Translations under genes and position numbers: made by a program | DNA from: Candidatus Midichloria mitochondrii IricVA | GTDB lineage: Bacteria > Pseudomonadota > Alphaproteobacteria > Rickettsiales > Midichloriaceae | Length of the DNA: 32,000 nt | Direction of reading: 5' to 3' | Assembly: GCF_000219355.1 (NCBI RefSeq) | Contig: NC_015722.1 | Coordinates: 30,001-62,000 of the forward strand | Part shown: positions 28,818 through 32,000 of the stretch, one piece after another | Layout of the letters: every line of letters begins with the position of its first letter | How positions within the stretch are numbered: the first letter of the stretch is position 1 | The notes under the pieces: generated by a model | The model's input: only the letters and a program-made list of their open reading frames with translations | The model's database searches: none | What the model was told of the DNA's origin: nothing

Positions 28818-29045
28818 TTAGATAACAAAAAGTAATAGTAATGCGATTAGGAAGGCAAAAAGGCCCATTGCTTCTGCAAGGCCTGCTCCTATAAAGGCAT
28901 TCTTCATCAGTTGAGGTTCAGCAGAAGGGTTACGAGCAATGCCATTTAATAATGCAGCAAATATGGAGCCAACTCCAACCGCAGCTCCAAGCATTGCAAT
29001 TGCCATTAAGCCTATCCCAATAAATTTTAAAGATTCCAATTCCAT
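28818..29045 (-). CDS. atpE: F0F1 ATP synthase subunit c
   Basis: 75-aa proteolipid hairpin: [29 protein letters not shown]....[23 protein letters not shown]. Confidence 0.95.
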   Translation of the reverse strand: MELESLKFIGIGLMAIAMLGAAVGVGSIFAALLNGIARNPSAEPQLMKNAFIGAGLAEAMGLFAFLIALLLLFVI

Positions 29046-29071
29046 TTAGTTCCTCGTTTATTTAAAATCAA

Positions 29072-29797
29072 TTAATGTAAATTAAGCGCGTCGCCTAAGT
29101 ATACACAAGTTAGTATGGAAAAAATATAAGCTTGTAATACAGCAATGAATATTTCAAATCCAGTTAAAATTGTCAACAGAGCGAACGGAAAAATACCTAA
29201 AAATCCTGCCATTACTGTAAAAGCTGCGAGTACTTTTAATACAATGTGTCCTGCGATCATGTTTGCAGCAAGCCTAATAGAGAGGCTTATAGGCCGGGCT
29301 AAGTATGCAAACAGTTCAATTACAATAAGCAGTGGAGCCATGAAAATAGGTACTCCTTTTGGTAAAAATAACGATAAAAAGTGAGCACCATGTCTAATAA
29401 ACCCCAGGATCGTTATAAAGATAAATATCGCCGCAGCCATAGCAAAAGTTATGGAGATATGGCTAGTAACCGTAAAGCTGTACGGAATCATACCAAATAG
29501 GTTACAAGAAAGTATAAAAATAAATAAAGAAAATATTAGTGGGACAAATTTTCTAGCCTCAGTGCCTACTGTACCTTCAATCATTTGAGTTATAGTATCG
29601 TATATGATTTCTATAAAAGCTTGAGTTTTTGTGATGGGGCCATTTTTGCTGAATAAGATCGGAGATAAAAAGAAAGCAGTTAAGGAGATAACTATAATCA
29701 TAGCCAGCGCTGAATTTGTGAAGTGTAGATTGAAACCTAAGAGGTTGAATTCAAAAAGATTCTTAATAGCAAACTGTTTTAATGGATCGATGATCAT
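29072..29797 (-). CDS. atpB: F0F1 ATP synthase subunit a
   Basis: Contains the conserved LSIRLAANMIAGH and VLQAYIFSILTCVYL. The track ORF extends to 29938 but overlaps atpI. The ATG at 29797 (MIIDPLKQF, the usual subunit-a N-terminus) lies 13 nt after the atpI stop and is the likelier start. Confidence 0.9.
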   Translation of the reverse strand: MIIDPLKQFAIKNLFEFNLLGFNLHFTNSALAMIIVISLTAFFLSPILFSKNGPITKTQAFIEIIYDTITQMIEGTVGTEARKFVPLIFSLFIFILSCNLFGMIPYSFTVTSHISITFAMAAAIFIFITILGFIRHGAHFLSLFLPKGVPIFMAPLLIVIELFAYLARPISLSIRLAANMIAGHIVLKVLAAFTVMAGFLGIFPFALLTILTGFEIFIAVLQAYIFSILTCVYLGDALNLH

Positions 29798-29810
29798 ACA
29801 TGTGTTTTTA

Positions 29811-30071
29811 TTATCGGCCTTTGAAGGCATTATAAGCATTATAACTGCCTGCTGCAATACCAAAAATAGAACCGAGAAATAAAAAAATCGGCGTAGTATT
29901 TGCATATTTATCAGCATGATAGCCGATAAACGCTCCAACTGCCATTCCAGCAGCTAATTCCAAAATCAAATTATAACCAGAAAAACTCTTCTTAGTTTTT
30001 CGGCGCACAAACAGTCTTTGTCTTAAACCGGAAATCTTTTTCTCTATTTCATCCATAATCTTCAAGGCCAA
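29811..30071 (-). CDS. atpI: ATP synthase protein I / AtpZ-like small membrane protein
   Basis: 86 aa with two TM helices (LILELAAGMAVGAFIGYHADKY..TPIFLFLGSIFGIAAGSYNAY), immediately upstream of atpB. Confidence 0.7.
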   Translation of the reverse strand: MALKIMDEIEKKISGLRQRLFVRRKTKKSFSGYNLILELAAGMAVGAFIGYHADKYANTTPIFLFLGSIFGIAAGSYNAYNAFKGR

Positions 30072-30251
30072 GATGGAACTATCGTATGAGGGGTAGAGTA
30101 CCAGAAATTAAACTGCAGTCAATTGCTTCGTTAGCTAATATGGCTATGTAATCTTCTCTTAAAGACTTGCATATAAATCTCGAAACTCTGCTAGCATTCT
30201 ATTGCGTCTGTTGGAGGTGTTTAGCTTTTTAGGTTTTGCGATATGGCGAGT

Positions 30252-31567
30252 GATATGCTTGTGGGTATAGGTGCCTTTAAAACTCTAACAATGTCCTGTT
30301 TACTGGAGGTATAATTGACATAGGCTCTAATAACATAAAAAGCTAGAATCCCTTTCAAAGTTTCCCGAGCAAATAAAGGTGAGTACCTGAATAATCAGGG
30401 TTTATATCCGGTTATCTTCGTTAATTTTAAAGATGTTACGGGAAGTACATGGCAAGAGGTAGAAAGCAAGTTAAGATTAACAATTAGTAATCTTTATATG
30501 GGTTGTAGATATGTATCATGCTACTTGCGGGGTGCTGTGTCCAATCCGAAATCCAGCTACTCAGACAAATATGAAGCTACTGAGTTTTTAAAAAGATACA
30601 ATGCTCTACGTGAAGATAAAGCTGCCGACACAAATAAAGCAGAACTGGAGGATAGTTTAAGATTTTTAAGCGAGCTTTTAAGTAAAATCCATGGACGACC
30701 GGTATACATTTTAATAGATGAATGTGATAAAACTGTTAATCACTTATTAGAAGCAGACAATCCCGATCATGAACTTATAAAAAAGACTACTGAACTGATG
30801 TCAAATATTAGTCTGCTTGTGGTAAAGACAACAATTATTTAAAGAAAAATATACTAACTGGAATGTTCGATAGTGTAAAAAAAGAAGGGCAATCTAGTTT
30901 TAATAACGTCAATACGTATGGCATAAGTGATACTAAATTTAGTAAAAGCTTTGGTTTTAGTAATGACGAAGTTGATACTTTAATTAATAAATTGCAGTTG
31001 AGTAATAAAAGCGCGATTATCAAGCAAAACATAAAAGACTGGTATAACGGCTATACTGCCCCCGTATCAGATAATGCTGCTGTTCAAGTTTATACACCTT
31101 GGTCGGTAATGAGTTATTTAAAAGAGGTTAGTTTAGATAATTTACAGCCCCAAAGGTTATTGGTCTAAAAAACCACTACCAGCATAATACTGCAGCGCCT
31201 GCTGCGTAAAACTGCAAGCAATAATATACTTAATAAATTTGAAAAATTAACGGCAGGACAAGAATTGGAATTTGGGTATGAGCCACTTGCTTATTTATTA
31301 AAATTTGAAGAAAATTTAAGGCGAGATATTAATATTGAAGAAGCCATTTTTTCTTATTTGTTGTTTAATGCCGGTTATTTAACTGCAAGAACTGAAGGAG
31401 TTAGATATTACTTTAAAATTCCTAATTTTGAAGTGAAAAGAGATTTTGCATTGGTTATTAGAGATGAGATCCAAGTAATGGAAAAGGATGGCACTATATT
31501 GAGTTCAAAACTCGGGCGAACTTTATTGAAAGCACGGGACAATTTAGAATTTAAGAATTATCAATAG
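30252..31567 (+). pseudogene. PF09820-type predicted AAA-ATPase with C-terminal PD-(D/E)XK (PDDEXK_9-like) region, broken by stops and frameshifts
   Basis: Fragments in order: GIGAFKTL.., NNQGLYPVIFVNFKDVTGSTWQEV, GRPVYILIDECDKTVNHLL, LTGMFDSVKKEGQSSFNNVNTYGISDTKFSKSFGFSNDEVDTL, DWYNGY...VYTPWSVMSYL, LLFNAGYLTA...YYFKIPNFEVKRDF. There are several in-frame stops at 30300-30340 and frame changes at about 30840, 31165 and 31260. Confidence 0.65.
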
Positions 31568-32000
31568 GCAGTAAAGCTGATTTTAAAAGAAGATAAAGTG
31601 GATTAGAACAGCTCTTTAAGGAGCGTAAAGATGCCTCATGCGACAGCCCAAGCTTGCAAACTTTAGTTTATTACGGCTTAGTGCGATCATAGGCAATGAA
31701 GATATATTACAAGTGCTACTCAAATATTGTAACCCGAAATTCATGGGCGCAAAGCAGGCAAACAATAAACTTAAAGTAGCGGATTTTTGTTTACATGTTT
31801 AGTAAGATAATGAATAGAAGATAAGAATCTATCCATTCATATACCAGATTTAAAGGAGAACATAATATGTTATCCATTTGTAGGGTTTTATCTTTTATAT
31901 GGTCTTGGCATGGCCTCTATTATAACGGGAGGCATTAAATTACTTAATAAAAATTTACTCCAAAAGAGGTGAGTGACCAGAAGTTATTAGCAATACTTGC

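Noticed and set aside
29798-29938. N-terminal 47-codon extension of the atpB ORF (track start at 29938)
   Set aside because: It overlaps the 3' end of atpI on the same strand. The ATG at 29797 gives the canonical subunit-a start (MIIDPLKQF) and a typical length of about 241 aa.

Overview
AT-rich (by eye under 40% GC) bacterial chromosome segment. Its gene content and operon layout fit an alphaproteobacterium, probably an obligate intracellular Rickettsiales- or Holosporales-like lineage; that placement is inference from gene architecture. Housekeeping genes are intact: rplQ 3' end, a TolC-family outer-membrane channel, pdhA-pdhB, a HAD-IIA hydrolase, ruvA plus an M48/TPR protease, tRNA-Leu(UAA), glyA, trmB, pdhC-lpdA, tRNA-Thr(GGU), and atpI-atpB-atpE-atpF'-atpF followed by an aldolase/adducin-fold gene. 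Almost every accessory gene is broken. These include three VCBS/FG-GAP repeat loci, putA, a beta-barrel OMP, a CE-clan (Ulp1-like) protease effector candidate and a PF09820-type AAA-ATPase/PD-(D/E)XK gene. About a fifth of the window is insertion-sequence debris: five IS982-family copies, three of them in an identical nested arrangement, and four pieces of an IS1-family element. I see no CRISPR array, rRNA, prophage or intact novel multi-gene system. The points most worth a second look are a reconstructable IS1::IS982 insertion whose halves now lie inverted about 6 kb apart, evidence that a dead IS982 lineage and its nested R-end/R-end composite kept spreading, the decayed eukaryote-like protease effector, and a small GC-rich inverted-repeat element downstream of both PDH gene pairs. 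All coordinates of degraded elements are approximate (a few bp).
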